From a virus: DNA of 64,000 nt. The DNA is taken from IMG/VR virus record IMGVR_UViG_3300025508_000006, positions 1 to 64,000 of that record; one strand, 5' to 3'. The notes below the pieces were generated by a model that was not told the origin of the DNA, did not search any database, and saw only the letters and a list, made by a program, of their open reading frames with translations. The position numbers and the translations under genes are program-made. This document shows, piece after piece, positions 17,442 through 27,532 of the stretch (positions within the stretch are counted from its first letter, which is position 1; every line of letters begins with the position of its first letter).

Positions 17442-17612
17442 ATGGTAGAAACAAATCAGATAGCAAGGTTAAGAAAAGATTCGAAAGAATTAGGACACTA
17501 TATCCACAAGTTAAGAAAGAAAGGTAATCCGGACAAAGCGTATAAAATCGCAAAACGACAAACTTTTCTCAATCAGGTAATAGAGTCATTCGAGACTTCA
17601 ATAACACAATAG
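17442..17612 (+). CDS. 56-aa basic hypothetical protein (not in ORF track)
   Basis: GGAG SD; MVETNQIARLRKDSKELGHYIHKLRKKG... Confidence 0.7.
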   Translation: MVETNQIARLRKDSKELGHYIHKLRKKGNPDKAYKIAKRQTFLNQVIESFETSITQ

Positions 17613-17703
17613 GGGGTGATCCCGTATCTAGGATAGAGTCTCAGGGACGAGACATATTCTCGCTATACATAACTTACATAATCGAAACAACGAGAAACAC
17701 ATA

Positions 17704-17940
17704 ATGCCCATTTACACAATGAAAAATATTAAGACTGGTGAGACAGAAGATATGTTTATGTCTATATCAGGTATGCAAGAATTCATTGCAGAAGGCACTC
17801 ATACTCAAGTTATTGGTGCTCCTAATTTTGTAACTCATACAGGTAATGTAGTGAACAAGACTTCGGACGACTGGAAAGAACATCTTCGTCGCACCAAAAA
17901 AGCAGCGGGCAATCACGTTCCTAATTCGATAAAGATATAA
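17704..17940 (+). CDS. FmdB-like small protein lacking the Cys ligands
   Basis: MPIYTM.N.KTGE..; located upstream of phoH. Confidence 0.6.
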   Translation: MPIYTMKNIKTGETEDMFMSISGMQEFIAEGTHTQVIGAPNFVTHTGNVVNKTSDDWKEHLRRTKKAAGNHVPNSIKI

Positions 17941-17941
17941 T

Positions 17942-18661
17942 ATGACACAAAAAATTACAAAGACGATTGCCGCTACAGGTGGTAGAAGTATGAAGATCCG
18001 CATCGATGATTTAATCACTGTTCAACCTATTACGGAGACACAGCGAAAAGCATTCGAAGCATATAAAAGTGGTGATCATCTTGCACTAGTAGGAACAGCA
18101 GGAACAGGTAAGACTTTTCTTGCACTATATCTTGCACTTGAGCAAGTAATGGATAAGGGTACATCATACGAGTCAGTTAGGATCATACGCTCGGTTGTAC
18201 CCACAAGAGACGTTGGTTTCTTGCCAGGAACACTCGAAGAGAAACTAGATGCGTTCACAGGACCATATCGTGCCGCATGTTCTGAGTTGTTCGAAGATAG
18301 CAAAGCATATGATAAACTTATTGAGAATCACTATCTCACATTTGAATCAACATCATTCATCCGTGGCGTGACATATGACAACTCTATTGTCATTGTTGAT
18401 GAGATGCAGAACTTAAACTTTCACGAGTTGGACTCTGTTATCACACGTATTGGTCAAGGTAGTAAAATTATTTTCGCGGGTGATTATCTGCAATCAGATT
18501 TCAAGAATAAGAGCGAAAAAGAAGGTGTTAATAAGTTCATAAGTATACTTGAGAACATGAAACATTTTAGCATAGTAACATTTAACTGGGAAGACATTGT
18601 AAGGTCAGACTTCGTTCGAGACTATATAATGACTAAAGAACACATGGGAATAGCATCATGA
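17942..18661 (+). CDS. phoH: PhoH-like ATPase
   Basis: GTAGTGKT, GFLPG, RGVT, IVDEMQN, GD..Q.D, DIVRS. Confidence 0.95.
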   Translation: MTQKITKTIAATGGRSMKIRIDDLITVQPITETQRKAFEAYKSGDHLALVGTAGTGKTFLALYLALEQVMDKGTSYESVRIIRSVVPTRDVGFLPGTLEEKLDAFTGPYRAACSELFEDSKAYDKLIENHYLTFESTSFIRGVTYDNSIVIVDEMQNLNFHELDSVITRIGQGSKIIFAGDYLQSDFKNKSEKEGVNKFISILENMKHFSIVTFNWEDIVRSDFVRDYIMTKEHMGIAS

Positions 18662-19104
18662 ACAAAACACGATTATTTGAACAATTAAAAATTGACGAAG
18701 GCGTCAAGTACGAAATATATAAAGATCACCTTGGTTATCCTACATTTGGTGTGGGACACTTGATCTTGAAATCAGACCCCGAATACGGTCAAGAGGATGG
18801 AACACCAGTCTCTGAAGAACGTGTTAACGAGGCATTCAAATACGATTCTGATTTAGCAGAGTCAGAGTGTGTCGCACTGTTCGGCAATGGATTTATGATG
18901 TGGGAATCGGAAGTCCAAGAAATCTTAGTTAATATGATGTTCAACTTGGGACGTACTCGATTGAGTAAGTTCAATAACTTCAAGGCAGCACTTAAAGATA
19001 AAGACTATGCACGTGCCGCAGTAGAAGGTCGCGATAGTCTATGGTACAGACAGGTCGGTAATCGTGCCGAGCGTCTGATGTTACGACTAGAGGCATTAGG
19101 TTGA
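18658..19104 (+). CDS. T4-lysozyme-like endolysin (GH24)
   Basis: DEG...YKDHLGYPTFGVGH, NMMFNLG, SLWYRQV..RA. Confidence 0.9.
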   Translation: MNKTRLFEQLKIDEGVKYEIYKDHLGYPTFGVGHLILKSDPEYGQEDGTPVSEERVNEAFKYDSDLAESECVALFGNGFMMWESEVQEILVNMMFNLGRTRLSKFNNFKAALKDKDYARAAVEGRDSLWYRQVGNRAERLMLRLEALG

Positions 19105-19105
19105 G

Positions 19106-19237
19106 ATGGCAAAGCAAGTTTCTACATCAACATTAATTCCTACAATCAAGGGCACGTCTATTGGTCGTCGCCCTAACACATCATCAATGAACAAATCAAA
19201 GAAGCGTTCATTCAAGAAGTATCGTGGTCAAGGTTAA
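19106..19237 (+). CDS. 43-aa basic protein ending KKYRGQG (not in ORF track)
   Basis: MAKQVSTSTLIPTIKGTSIGRRPNTSSMNKSKKRSFKKYRGQG. Confidence 0.75.
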   Translation: MAKQVSTSTLIPTIKGTSIGRRPNTSSMNKSKKRSFKKYRGQG

Positions 19238-19242
19238 TTACA

Positions 19243-19398
19243 ATGGCAAAGTATAGTCGTTTCGATCCTCGTAATAAAAAGAAAGAGCAGAAGTCTGGCA
19301 AGAAAGTTAGAACAGAACAGGATGCTAGGAATTTTATTAACTCATTAGACAAGAGATCCTTCTCTGAAACTACTTTAGATCCACGCGAACAGAAGTAA
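19243..19398 (+). CDS. 51-aa basic hypothetical protein (not in ORF track)
   Basis: MAKYSRFDPRNKKK...; stop overlaps the next ATG. Confidence 0.7.
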   Translation: MAKYSRFDPRNKKKEQKSGKKVRTEQDARNFINSLDKRSFSETTLDPREQK

Positions 19399-20285
19399 TG
19401 CCATTACAAGAATATGTCGATCCATGGAAAGGTTTACCATTTCTTTTTACAGATAGTAATACTGTAGATTGGAAGGGCACCATTGGTGTCGGCGACATAC
19501 TCTTTGGTCTTAATACTGTTCATATGCTCACACATCTAGCGCGAAAGTCTGGACGCGATGTGCCATTCACTACAATGAATGTACATTGGTACCACGGCGA
19601 AGATCACCTACATCACTTCGAAGATCCCGAAACAATCATTGAGCGAACCGATTATATTCATTCGTTCTATCATGATAAAGAATCCGTAAAGATTAATCAC
19701 ATCTTTAATTCCACCGATAACGAGGTTTCACGTCTACGACATAGAGGACTACAACGTAAGTCTGGTGCGAGAGATGTGCTAGATGGTATCCCGTCATGGA
19801 TGTTCAGACGTGATTGCTGGCACGATTCAAGTGAAAGTAAGAAGGTTGTATTCTGGAGACCGTTTGTTCTTAATGCCGAGATCCCACGTGGGTGGAAGCG
19901 AACCTTTCAACCTGAAGACTGGGAAAGAATACTAGACATATTACGTGATAAAGGTTACGAACTTATTGAGTTGTCATATCGTACACCCGTAAGAGAGGCA
20001 TTCTATCACATCAACACATGTCGATTTGGTATATTCTACGATGGTATGTGGCAGTATATTGCAAAGAATCTATGTAAACCAGTTGTTGCATTAGGCGATA
20101 ACGGCATCATTCATATTCACAATCCGCAGGGCGTCAACTTCAAGTTACCAAAAGCAGATGGAGGTGGCGGTACAGTGTTCTCCTATCTTGAAGGTTTAGA
20201 TAGAGGAAATCAAGATCACATGGATCGTCGTGCAGAAAAATATCGTAAATTTATTTTAAATGAGTTGCAAGTTGAAGACATTTAG
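19398..20285 (+). CDS. putative glycosyltransferase (GT9/GT-B-like)
   Basis: IGVGDIL near N-terminus; YDGMWQYIAKNLCKPVVAL resembles the GT9 D.G..H.A.A...P.V.L motif. Confidence 0.5.
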   Translation: MPLQEYVDPWKGLPFLFTDSNTVDWKGTIGVGDILFGLNTVHMLTHLARKSGRDVPFTTMNVHWYHGEDHLHHFEDPETIIERTDYIHSFYHDKESVKINHIFNSTDNEVSRLRHRGLQRKSGARDVLDGIPSWMFRRDCWHDSSESKKVVFWRPFVLNAEIPRGWKRTFQPEDWERILDILRDKGYELIELSYRTPVREAFYHINTCRFGIFYDGMWQYIAKNLCKPVVALGDNGIIHIHNPQGVNFKLPKADGGGGTVFSYLEGLDRGNQDHMDRRAEKYRKFILNELQVEDI

Positions 20286-20293
20286 TGTATACT
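20265..20293 (+). promoter_or_regulatory. possible sigma70-type promoter
   Basis: TTGCAA-17-TATACT. Confidence 0.5.
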
Positions 20294-20330
20294 ATACATA
20301 GTAGTCTATAACGTAATAAAGTGAATTAAT

Positions 20331-21299
20331 ATGAAAATCGATAGAGCAGTAATTGAAATCGAAGGTGCATGTAACTTCTCATGTACCATGTGTCCACAAG
20401 ACAAGCGCAACGAACAGGGCGGGCGACACAAAGACTTTCTTCGTAAGATGAATCTGTTAGAGTTCGAGGACTATGTAAGAGATTGCGCACAACATGGATT
20501 GCGTGTAGTTAATCTTGACGGTTCGGGCGAAGCAACAATTCTACGAACACTTCCCGAATACATTAAGATCGTTAAGCGATATAATGCCGAGTGTGTTATA
20601 TTCTCTAACGGTTTTAAGATGCATGGTCAGTTCATGCGAGACTGTGTAGACGCAGGACTAGACTTCTTCAGGTTCTCGTTCATCGGATCTAATCCAGCAA
20701 AGTACGATGAGTGGATGTATAACACTCGTGGGTCTAACTACGAGTTTATCAAAAAGAATATCCGCGAGATGCGAGATTATGTTAAGTCATCTAATTCTAC
20801 ATGTACCGTAGCAACGTATCATCTTATCACTGACAACGACAACTACGAGAATGAACTTGCTGAGTACAAAGCAATCGTTGAAGAGTTAGATGTTAAGACA
20901 GAAATATGGAAAATGCATAACTGGTCAGGCGTTTATGAGTTAGATGTTAATGCTCGAAAGGGTGAAGTTAAAACATGTGGTCGTCCATTCTCTCCTGATG
21001 TTGTGATTCGTGCTGGTGGTTTAGATGGCAAAAGAGGCGCAGTTGCACCTTGCTGTCAAGTATTAGGACGTGACGAAGAAGCAGTTCTCGGCCATTGTTC
21101 AGAGAATACTATCGAAGAGATTTGGGATGGACCTGCATACACCGAGTTAAGAGATAATCATACTACGGGTGACTATCCAGATTATTGTAAGTCGTGTGAT
21201 TTTTTACTTGACGATCCCGAAGTTTTGGTGTATAGTAATCATGATAGAGACCTACATAAAATGTATGGTACTGAATTTGATTTGGATGACTATCGATGA
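20331..21299 (+). CDS. radical SAM enzyme with SPASM/twitch domain
   Basis: CNFSCTMC; C-terminal CGRPF..PCC..LG..IEEIW..CKSC. Confidence 0.9.
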   Translation: MKIDRAVIEIEGACNFSCTMCPQDKRNEQGGRHKDFLRKMNLLEFEDYVRDCAQHGLRVVNLDGSGEATILRTLPEYIKIVKRYNAECVIFSNGFKMHGQFMRDCVDAGLDFFRFSFIGSNPAKYDEWMYNTRGSNYEFIKKNIREMRDYVKSSNSTCTVATYHLITDNDNYENELAEYKAIVEELDVKTEIWKMHNWSGVYELDVNARKGEVKTCGRPFSPDVVIRAGGLDGKRGAVAPCCQVLGRDEEAVLGHCSENTIEEIWDGPAYTELRDNHTTGDYPDYCKSCDFLLDDPEVLVYSNHDRDLHKMYGTEFDLDDYR

Positions 21300-21877
21300 A
21301 ACCACATGTACATATGATTACTATTACTGGTAATGCTATATCAGAACACTATCGTGATCTTGTCACACCATCATGGGAAGATGCTGGTTGGAAAGTTTTG
21401 AACTTCGAAGCGTTAGTTCCTGAAGACTGTGTGGATGTAACTATCTTACCTTTAGGCGATAAGCGTCGAGGTGCTAAGGTAGTTGGATTTACTGAAACAG
21501 AAATAGCAGTTTGGTACAGTCATTATTATGCTTGGATGTTGTGTCGTAAGTTAGATAAACCTATCATTGTAGCAGAGCATGATATTCTATTAGAGCAAGA
21601 CATTGATCCTGATGTATTCAATCATGACATTGCCTGTCTATCTCATGTAACACGTAGAAATGGCGATCATGCTAAACTAGCGGGTGGTGCATACTATATC
21701 ACTCCTGCAGGCGCAAAGAGATTATGTGCAATCAAAGACCATAAGAAAGAATCTGTTGATTACAACTCTGATGCTTGGATACATCGTATTTGTGATACAT
21801 ACGGTAAGTGGTTTATGATGACGACTATACAAGTACAAGATAAAGCAGTCGGTGTTACAGTAGAGCATAGAAAATGA
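21296..21877 (+). CDS. GT25-like glycosyltransferase
   Basis: EIAVWYSH..AW, IIVAEHD, GGAYYITP.GA. Confidence 0.7.
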   Translation: MKPHVHMITITGNAISEHYRDLVTPSWEDAGWKVLNFEALVPEDCVDVTILPLGDKRRGAKVVGFTETEIAVWYSHYYAWMLCRKLDKPIIVAEHDILLEQDIDPDVFNHDIACLSHVTRRNGDHAKLAGGAYYITPAGAKRLCAIKDHKKESVDYNSDAWIHRICDTYGKWFMMTTIQVQDKAVGVTVEHRK

Positions 21878-22659
21878 AAAGATTAATATATCAAGTGAGT
21901 GTAGGTAAACCTTCTAAGTTGTATGAAGCATGTATTAAGACTGTTCGAAAATATTGTGAACGTCATAGCATCGATCATATTATACAGACAACTCCTAAAC
22001 TTAGAATCAAACCAGATATCTTCTCTACTAATCGAAGTACCGAATCATATAGTAAGCATGGTGGTTTTCTACCTATCTACGAGAAAGAGAATGCTTTTGA
22101 TCTGCTTGGTGAATACGACCAGATCGCGATAGTCGATGCTGACATATTCATTCGTGAAGATGCTCCTAATGTATTCGATGATTTCGGAACAGAACATGCG
22201 TTCGGAGCAGTTATTGAGCGAGAGATGCCTATCAGTAGAGAGTATCAGAACAAGATACAGAACTACTCGGCGATGCAGTACGGAGGTATCCATAGTCCTA
22301 TGGTAAACTTTAAACCTAATAAATTGGGATTTGAGTTTGCTAACATGGGTTTAATTGTTCTTAATAGCGAGTTGTTTTTACCATATCTTAAAGGACAGAC
22401 TGCACGTCAATTCCTTGATCGTGGAGAGTTTAAGCGATTCATTGATGGTCAGGGTGCTTGGAAATGGTCTACGGATCAAACATTATTAAACTATTTTATA
22501 AAGAAAGAGAAAATTTCTTTTAAATCACTTGACTTTAAGTGGAATGGTCTGTATACTGCTAATACAAAGATAACTGAATGCCACTTCGTTCACTTCTTCT
22601 TGAAAGATAAACTGCCCAATGGTGGTGAGAACGTAGACGAGTTGATGAGGAATATATGA
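21874..22659 (+). CDS. GT8-like glycosyltransferase
   Basis: IVDADIF (DxD), ANMG, DQTLLN, WN, VHF. Confidence 0.75.
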   Translation: MKRLIYQVSVGKPSKLYEACIKTVRKYCERHSIDHIIQTTPKLRIKPDIFSTNRSTESYSKHGGFLPIYEKENAFDLLGEYDQIAIVDADIFIREDAPNVFDDFGTEHAFGAVIEREMPISREYQNKIQNYSAMQYGGIHSPMVNFKPNKLGFEFANMGLIVLNSELFLPYLKGQTARQFLDRGEFKRFIDGQGAWKWSTDQTLLNYFIKKEKISFKSLDFKWNGLYTANTKITECHFVHFFLKDKLPNGGENVDELMRNI

Positions 22660-23759
22660 AATCATACGAAGACAAGACACAGAAGTATAGTACGTGGGGA
22701 GACAAACTTCTTCAACATGCTGATCTTCTGGCGTCTATACAGATAGAAGATAAGTTTAAACCAGTTACGGTTCAATTGTCTCTATGCGAAATGTGTGATA
22801 GTGACTGTCCGTTCTGCTCTGTTGCGGCACGACCTCTGAAGAGTTTTATTCCGTGGGATCAACTGACCGCTATGCTCGAAGACTTCAAAGAGTTGGGTGC
22901 TAAGAGTATTGAGATTACGGGTGGTGGTAATCCAATGTTATATCGTGATAAGGCGGCAGGAAGAAATATTAATGATGTGATTAAGTATGCTCACTTATGT
23001 GGATTTGATATTGGTATTATCACTAACACAGAGAAACTTGAACGACATCTTAATCCAGAAGTATATCCATACATTAATTGGATTCGCATCTCTCTGATCA
23101 AATTAGACGAGCGAACACCTCCAGAGAAGTATGATTTCGGATCATTCCCACACGAGAAGTTAGGATTCAGTTATATCATATATGATGGCACTGATGGTAT
23201 TCCTGACGAGTTGTCGCGCACAAACAAACCATATGTCGGAACTACTGTCGAAAGTATCGAACGTATTGCTAAACTTATTGAGTTGAATCCTGATGTTAAG
23301 TTCTGTCGTATTGCTGGTAACTGTTTGCTGTCGCATCACAATACAGAGATACGTGGAAAGTTTGGTAGCATCATTGAAGCACTAGACAAGTACGATAAGT
23401 TCTTTATCAAAGAGATATGGGATCAAGATAAAGCATTTTCTGATGGTTGTTATGTGGGTCTTGTTCGACCTTACATTGCACCTCATCCCGAAGGTGGCGA
23501 TTATCAAGTTTATATCTGCACGAGTCATGTGTTAGAGAATCGTGTTTACGACATGGACTATTCACTTGGTAATATTAAAGATGTTAAAGCAATATGGAAT
23601 AATGCGAATCTAAATTACGCGAAGACGGGTAACCCATACGAGATAAGAGGCAATTGCGGAGACGACTGGGACAAGTCGTGTGTCAAGTGTTTCTACTATA
23701 ACAATAACAAACTACTACATACAGTAGCGCAACCAATGGAAGATCCAAACTTTCCGTGA
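22656..23759 (+). CDS. radical SAM enzyme
   Basis: CDSDCPFC, ITGGGNP, C-terminal Cys cluster (CY..IC..CVKC). Confidence 0.88.
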   Translation: MKSYEDKTQKYSTWGDKLLQHADLLASIQIEDKFKPVTVQLSLCEMCDSDCPFCSVAARPLKSFIPWDQLTAMLEDFKELGAKSIEITGGGNPMLYRDKAAGRNINDVIKYAHLCGFDIGIITNTEKLERHLNPEVYPYINWIRISLIKLDERTPPEKYDFGSFPHEKLGFSYIIYDGTDGIPDELSRTNKPYVGTTVESIERIAKLIELNPDVKFCRIAGNCLLSHHNTEIRGKFGSIIEALDKYDKFFIKEIWDQDKAFSDGCYVGLVRPYIAPHPEGGDYQVYICTSHVLENRVYDMDYSLGNIKDVKAIWNNANLNYAKTGNPYEIRGNCGDDWDKSCVKCFYYNNNKLLHTVAQPMEDPNFP

Positions 23760-23899
23760 AACGTAAAACTGGATTGTTTATTCTTCGAGTGATGTTGATT
23801 GTCTGGTTATCGATAAGTGTTGATAACGATGATGATCTTTATGGAGTTCTTTCTTCTATAAGAAGACTTAACGAGTGTAAGAAACTAGTAACTATATAA
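23756..23899 (+). CDS. 47-aa protein with hydrophobic N-terminus (not in ORF track)
   Basis: GTG start overlapping upstream stop; KRKTGLFILRVMLIVWLSISV. Confidence 0.5.
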   Translation: MKRKTGLFILRVMLIVWLSISVDNDDDLYGVLSSIRRLNECKKLVTI

Positions 23900-23910
23900 T
23901 AGGTGATGAT

Positions 23911-24495
23911 GTGTCATTTGATAAAACATACTACGAAACGAACAACTATACGAACTATCTCGAAAGAGGTGATCGTTACCAACAAACTGCCGCAGAGTTG
24001 CTGGCACACTTAAAGACAATGAATTTAGATCATGGACCCTTTCTCGACTTCGGTTGTGCTGTAGGATTCTTACTTCAAGGTCTAAAGAATCTTTCTCCTA
24101 ACACTTCAATGTACGGTGTTGACATCTCTGAATATGCTCGTGAAGTATGTAAAGAGAAAGGACTTACTGCATTATCAGAAGTAGAATGGAACAAGAATCA
24201 CGGTGTTGTATTTGCTATGGATGTATTTGAGCATATGCCTGTTGATGAACTCGATCTATTCTTCAATCTTATTGAAGCAGAAACAATCATATTCCGTATG
24301 CCTGTACCTGCCGAAACTGGCGAAGATTACTATCTTGACGTATCTCGTGCTGATCCTACACATCTTATTAAGTGGACTAAGGACGAGTGGAGAGAATTCT
24401 TTGTAGAGAATAACTATATTCCTCTTGACTTAAACCTCTCGACGGTGTATAATAGTACTGGAGTCTACACTGGATTAGCAATTCGAGTTGAGTAA
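23911..24495 (+). CDS. class I SAM-dependent methyltransferase
   Basis: LDFGCAVGF, GVDISEYA, DVFEH. Confidence 0.88.
   Translation: MSFDKTYYETNNYTNYLERGDRYQQTAAELLAHLKTMNLDHGPFLDFGCAVGFLLQGLKNLSPNTSMYGVDISEYAREVCKEKGLTALSEVEWNKNHGVVFAMDVFEHMPVDELDLFFNLIEAETIIFRMPVPAETGEDYYLDVSRADPTHLIKWTKDEWREFFVENNYIPLDLNLSTVYNSTGVYTGLAIRVE
24425..24453 (+). promoter_or_regulatory. internal sigma70-type promoter
   Basis: TTGACT-17-TATAAT inside the 3' end of the methyltransferase gene. Confidence 0.6.
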
Positions 24496-25037
24496 TGTAC
24501 AACGCATTTAAGATAGAGAAAATCTTCGATCAAGACGAGATAGAGAATCTAAAATCTCTATTCGAATCTTGTTCAGAGAACCTAGCACATCAAGATTACA
24601 ATCTCTATGATGTTGATAAACGTATTATTCCAAACTCTGCTACACATCCTGTACTACAAAAATTAAATCATTATGTCGATCTTACTCCTATGTCTCACTA
24701 CTTTGTTAAGTATGATGTCGAAGGTTTCACCAGTCTTCACACAGACGATGATGGTGTAGTAAAGTTGACTGTTGTTACTTTACTTGACGATGTTGATCTT
24801 ATAGGTGGTGAGACTCTTGTACTTGATCGCTATGTGAAGAATGCAAGACCAGCATATAAGTATGCAAAACGCGGTAAGATGGGCGAAGCACCAATTGGCA
24901 GTTCTCGTATTCCTGTTATCGCTAGAATGAAACCCGGGGACTCTATCAGTTATGACAATGCAGTAAAGCATGGAGTATGTCAAGTTGAGCAGGGTCATAG
25001 AATAGTGTTAGTTAGTTGGTATAAAGAACATGATTAA
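24495..25037 (+). CDS. 2OG-Fe(II) dioxygenase
   Basis: LHTDD (HxD), GGET, KHGV, R.VLVSW. Confidence 0.85.
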   Translation: MYNAFKIEKIFDQDEIENLKSLFESCSENLAHQDYNLYDVDKRIIPNSATHPVLQKLNHYVDLTPMSHYFVKYDVEGFTSLHTDDDGVVKLTVVTLLDDVDLIGGETLVLDRYVKNARPAYKYAKRGKMGEAPIGSSRIPVIARMKPGDSISYDNAVKHGVCQVEQGHRIVLVSWYKEHD

Positions 25038-25509
25038 GATATCGCATCGCGGCAATGTCAGTGGACCTAATCCTGATCGCGAGAACACATCGAAGTATGT
25101 TGATGCGGCAATTGCACAAGGTTATATGGTCGAAGTAGATATATGGAAAAACGGTGATAGATTTTATATGACTCACAAATGCTCATTGTCAGATAGAACT
25201 GAAATTAATATCGAGTGGTTGAAAGCAAGAATTGATGAGTTGATCATTCACTGTAAAGATGTTGTTGCACTTCAATGGTTTGCTAGTCAACTTGACGATT
25301 GGCATTACTTTTGGCACCAAAAAGATGATTATACTTTGACTAGTGCGCAATGGATATGGGGAGGTCTTGGTTCTCCAATGCACTCACCTATAACTAAAGA
25401 TATATACGACTATGTAGAATGTACTTCTATATGCGTTATGCCAGAATATTCAGAACAAAATATAAGTAAGTTTACTGGTATTTGTTCCGATTACATTGAG
25501 AAATATTAA
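25030..25509 (+). CDS. glycerophosphodiester phosphodiesterase-like protein
   Basis: ISHRGN, EN, VEVDIW, HCK, GICSD. Confidence 0.75.
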   Translation: MIKISHRGNVSGPNPDRENTSKYVDAAIAQGYMVEVDIWKNGDRFYMTHKCSLSDRTEINIEWLKARIDELIIHCKDVVALQWFASQLDDWHYFWHQKDDYTLTSAQWIWGGLGSPMHSPITKDIYDYVECTSICVMPEYSEQNISKFTGICSDYIEKY

Positions 25510-26213
25510 TGAACGTTTATTGCATATATACGGAACAAGATCCCGAATCAAAGAAGGGATTACAAAGATGTAAAGATTCTGCTAAGAAACATGGCATCGA
25601 ACTTATAGCATACCCAGGTATTCACTTCTCTGTACTCGAATCATTTTGGAAAGAGCATAGTATCAAAGCAAAGTATAAACCAATATCAGGTGGACAGACT
25701 TACTTTCCTGAGAAGTTAGCACCAAAAACTAGAGTCGCAAATGGCACTACGCATTATATGTTGTATAAGAAGTGTGTCGAATTGAATGAACCTATTGCTA
25801 TACTAGAGCACGATTCGTTTTTTGTCGCTCCTCTGCCCACAGAATTACCTACCAATATAGACGAATCGATCATTCAAATATCATCTCATTCAGCAACACA
25901 ACTTACACCTGCTATGCTAAAGGGTTGTGGTCGTGCTAATAAGATGAGAAAGTTCGGTACGACACAGAAACCATATCGCGACTGGACTGGAGAGCGTGGT
26001 GTCATTTCTCATCCTCTATCAGGCACGAACGGCACTAGTGGTTACATAATAGGTCCCGTGGCAGCACAGCGAATGATTGACTATATAAATGTAGAAGGTA
26101 TAGGATTTGCTGATAGATTGCGCGAAGATCATATCGGCGAAGGAAACATACACCTAGAAGTTCCGCAGAGCGTACTCTGCCCAAACGATATTAAATCAGC
26201 GAGATTATTATAA
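25509..26213 (+). CDS. GT25-like glycosyltransferase
   Basis: THYMLYKKC, ILEHD, GTSGYIIGP.AA. Confidence 0.7.
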   Translation: MNVYCIYTEQDPESKKGLQRCKDSAKKHGIELIAYPGIHFSVLESFWKEHSIKAKYKPISGGQTYFPEKLAPKTRVANGTTHYMLYKKCVELNEPIAILEHDSFFVAPLPTELPTNIDESIIQISSHSATQLTPAMLKGCGRANKMRKFGTTQKPYRDWTGERGVISHPLSGTNGTSGYIIGPVAAQRMIDYINVEGIGFADRLREDHIGEGNIHLEVPQSVLCPNDIKSARLL

Positions 26214-26214
26214 C

Positions 26215-26841
26215 ATGAACATGAAAGACATCTTTTTATCGAACGGTAGTGATAAGGGCGTTACCGGTAAATACCCACACCACTATCATACAGTATACGA
26301 ATCAGTATTTGAGTCTCGAAGAAACGAACCTATAAAAATATTAGAAGTGGGAATCTGGAAAGGAACTAGTCATCAGTCTTGGTTAGATTACTTTCCCAAT
26401 GCAGAAGTCTATGGCATTGACATATTTACTCGTGTACCACCCGAAGACGTTCCTGCACTACAAGATGAGCGGTGTCACTACATCAAAGCGGATAGTACGA
26501 ACGCTTCTGTACAGACTCTAGTAGAGGAGGCATGGGGCGAAGATATCAAGTTCGACTTTATTATTGACGATGGTTTACATACACCTACAGCAAATAGAAA
26601 GACTTTCGAAAATCTATGGAAGTATGTCGCAGAAGGTGGTAGTTTTTTAATCGAAGATATTTGGCCAATCAACAAACTAACTTTCGATGAATCAAGGCAT
26701 TCTTGGATACAGAAACCTGCATATAGTAGTCACTTCTACGATATGTTCCTCGAAGCATTGCCCGAAGGATATATCGAATATGATTGTCGAAAGGCGAGTG
26801 GTGTTCCAGATAGTTATATTATAGAGATAAAGAATGATTGA
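26215..26841 (+). CDS. SAM-dependent (sugar O-)methyltransferase
   Basis: SDKG, LEVGIWKG, YGIDI, IIDDGLH, GG.FLIEDI. Confidence 0.85.
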   Translation: MNMKDIFLSNGSDKGVTGKYPHHYHTVYESVFESRRNEPIKILEVGIWKGTSHQSWLDYFPNAEVYGIDIFTRVPPEDVPALQDERCHYIKADSTNASVQTLVEEAWGEDIKFDFIIDDGLHTPTANRKTFENLWKYVAEGGSFLIEDIWPINKLTFDESRHSWIQKPAYSSHFYDMFLEALPEGYIEYDCRKASGVPDSYIIEIKND

Positions 26842-27532
26842 CGGATATGTTATAACACTAAGTGATAATCCACTTTCTTGGCATTCGAGCGATAGACTCA
26901 TTGCTAGTTCAGAGAAAGTGAAGAACGAGTTTAAGATTCATAAGACACAGGCAATCACACCGGATCGTGTAACAACATTGATGAAACAGCATAGAGTTAA
27001 GTGGAACTATCCTTGGGAAGGATCGCAACTTGATTTGCAGTCTGGTCTTACGAAGTCTGCTTATCAAACTGTTGATCCTGATAAGAGAATCGCTTGCTTT
27101 CTGTCACACTATCTACTATGGAAAAAGTGTGTGCGTGAGAAGAAAGATATAATGATATTTGAACATGACGCATATTTCACAGAAAAGTTAGATTATAGTT
27201 TGCTATTTCAATCGCCTTATGATATAATAGGACTTAATGATCCGATGGGAGCAACTCGACGCGCCCAACTATATCATGAAAGTGTAAGCAAGAGGCGTGG
27301 AGTTAATCCAGCGCCTAAGATAGATGACAACGAAGTACCTCAGGGCATAGCAGGTAACTCTGCATACTTTATTAAACCCGAAGGTGCTCAGAAATTAATA
27401 AACTTAGTGCGTGAATATGGTGCATGGCCAAACGATGCAATCATGTGCAAGCAATTGATACCTCGCAAACTGGGACAACTGTTTCCATATGTGACCAAAG
27501 TACAAGGAATACAGTCAACAACTTCATTATGA
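26834..27532 (+). CDS. GT25-like glycosyltransferase
   Basis: YVITL, IACFLSHYLLW, IFEHDA, GNSAYFIKP.GA. Confidence 0.78.
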   Translation: MIDGYVITLSDNPLSWHSSDRLIASSEKVKNEFKIHKTQAITPDRVTTLMKQHRVKWNYPWEGSQLDLQSGLTKSAYQTVDPDKRIACFLSHYLLWKKCVREKKDIMIFEHDAYFTEKLDYSLLFQSPYDIIGLNDPMGATRRAQLYHESVSKRRGVNPAPKIDDNEVPQGIAGNSAYFIKPEGAQKLINLVREYGAWPNDAIMCKQLIPRKLGQLFPYVTKVQGIQSTTSL

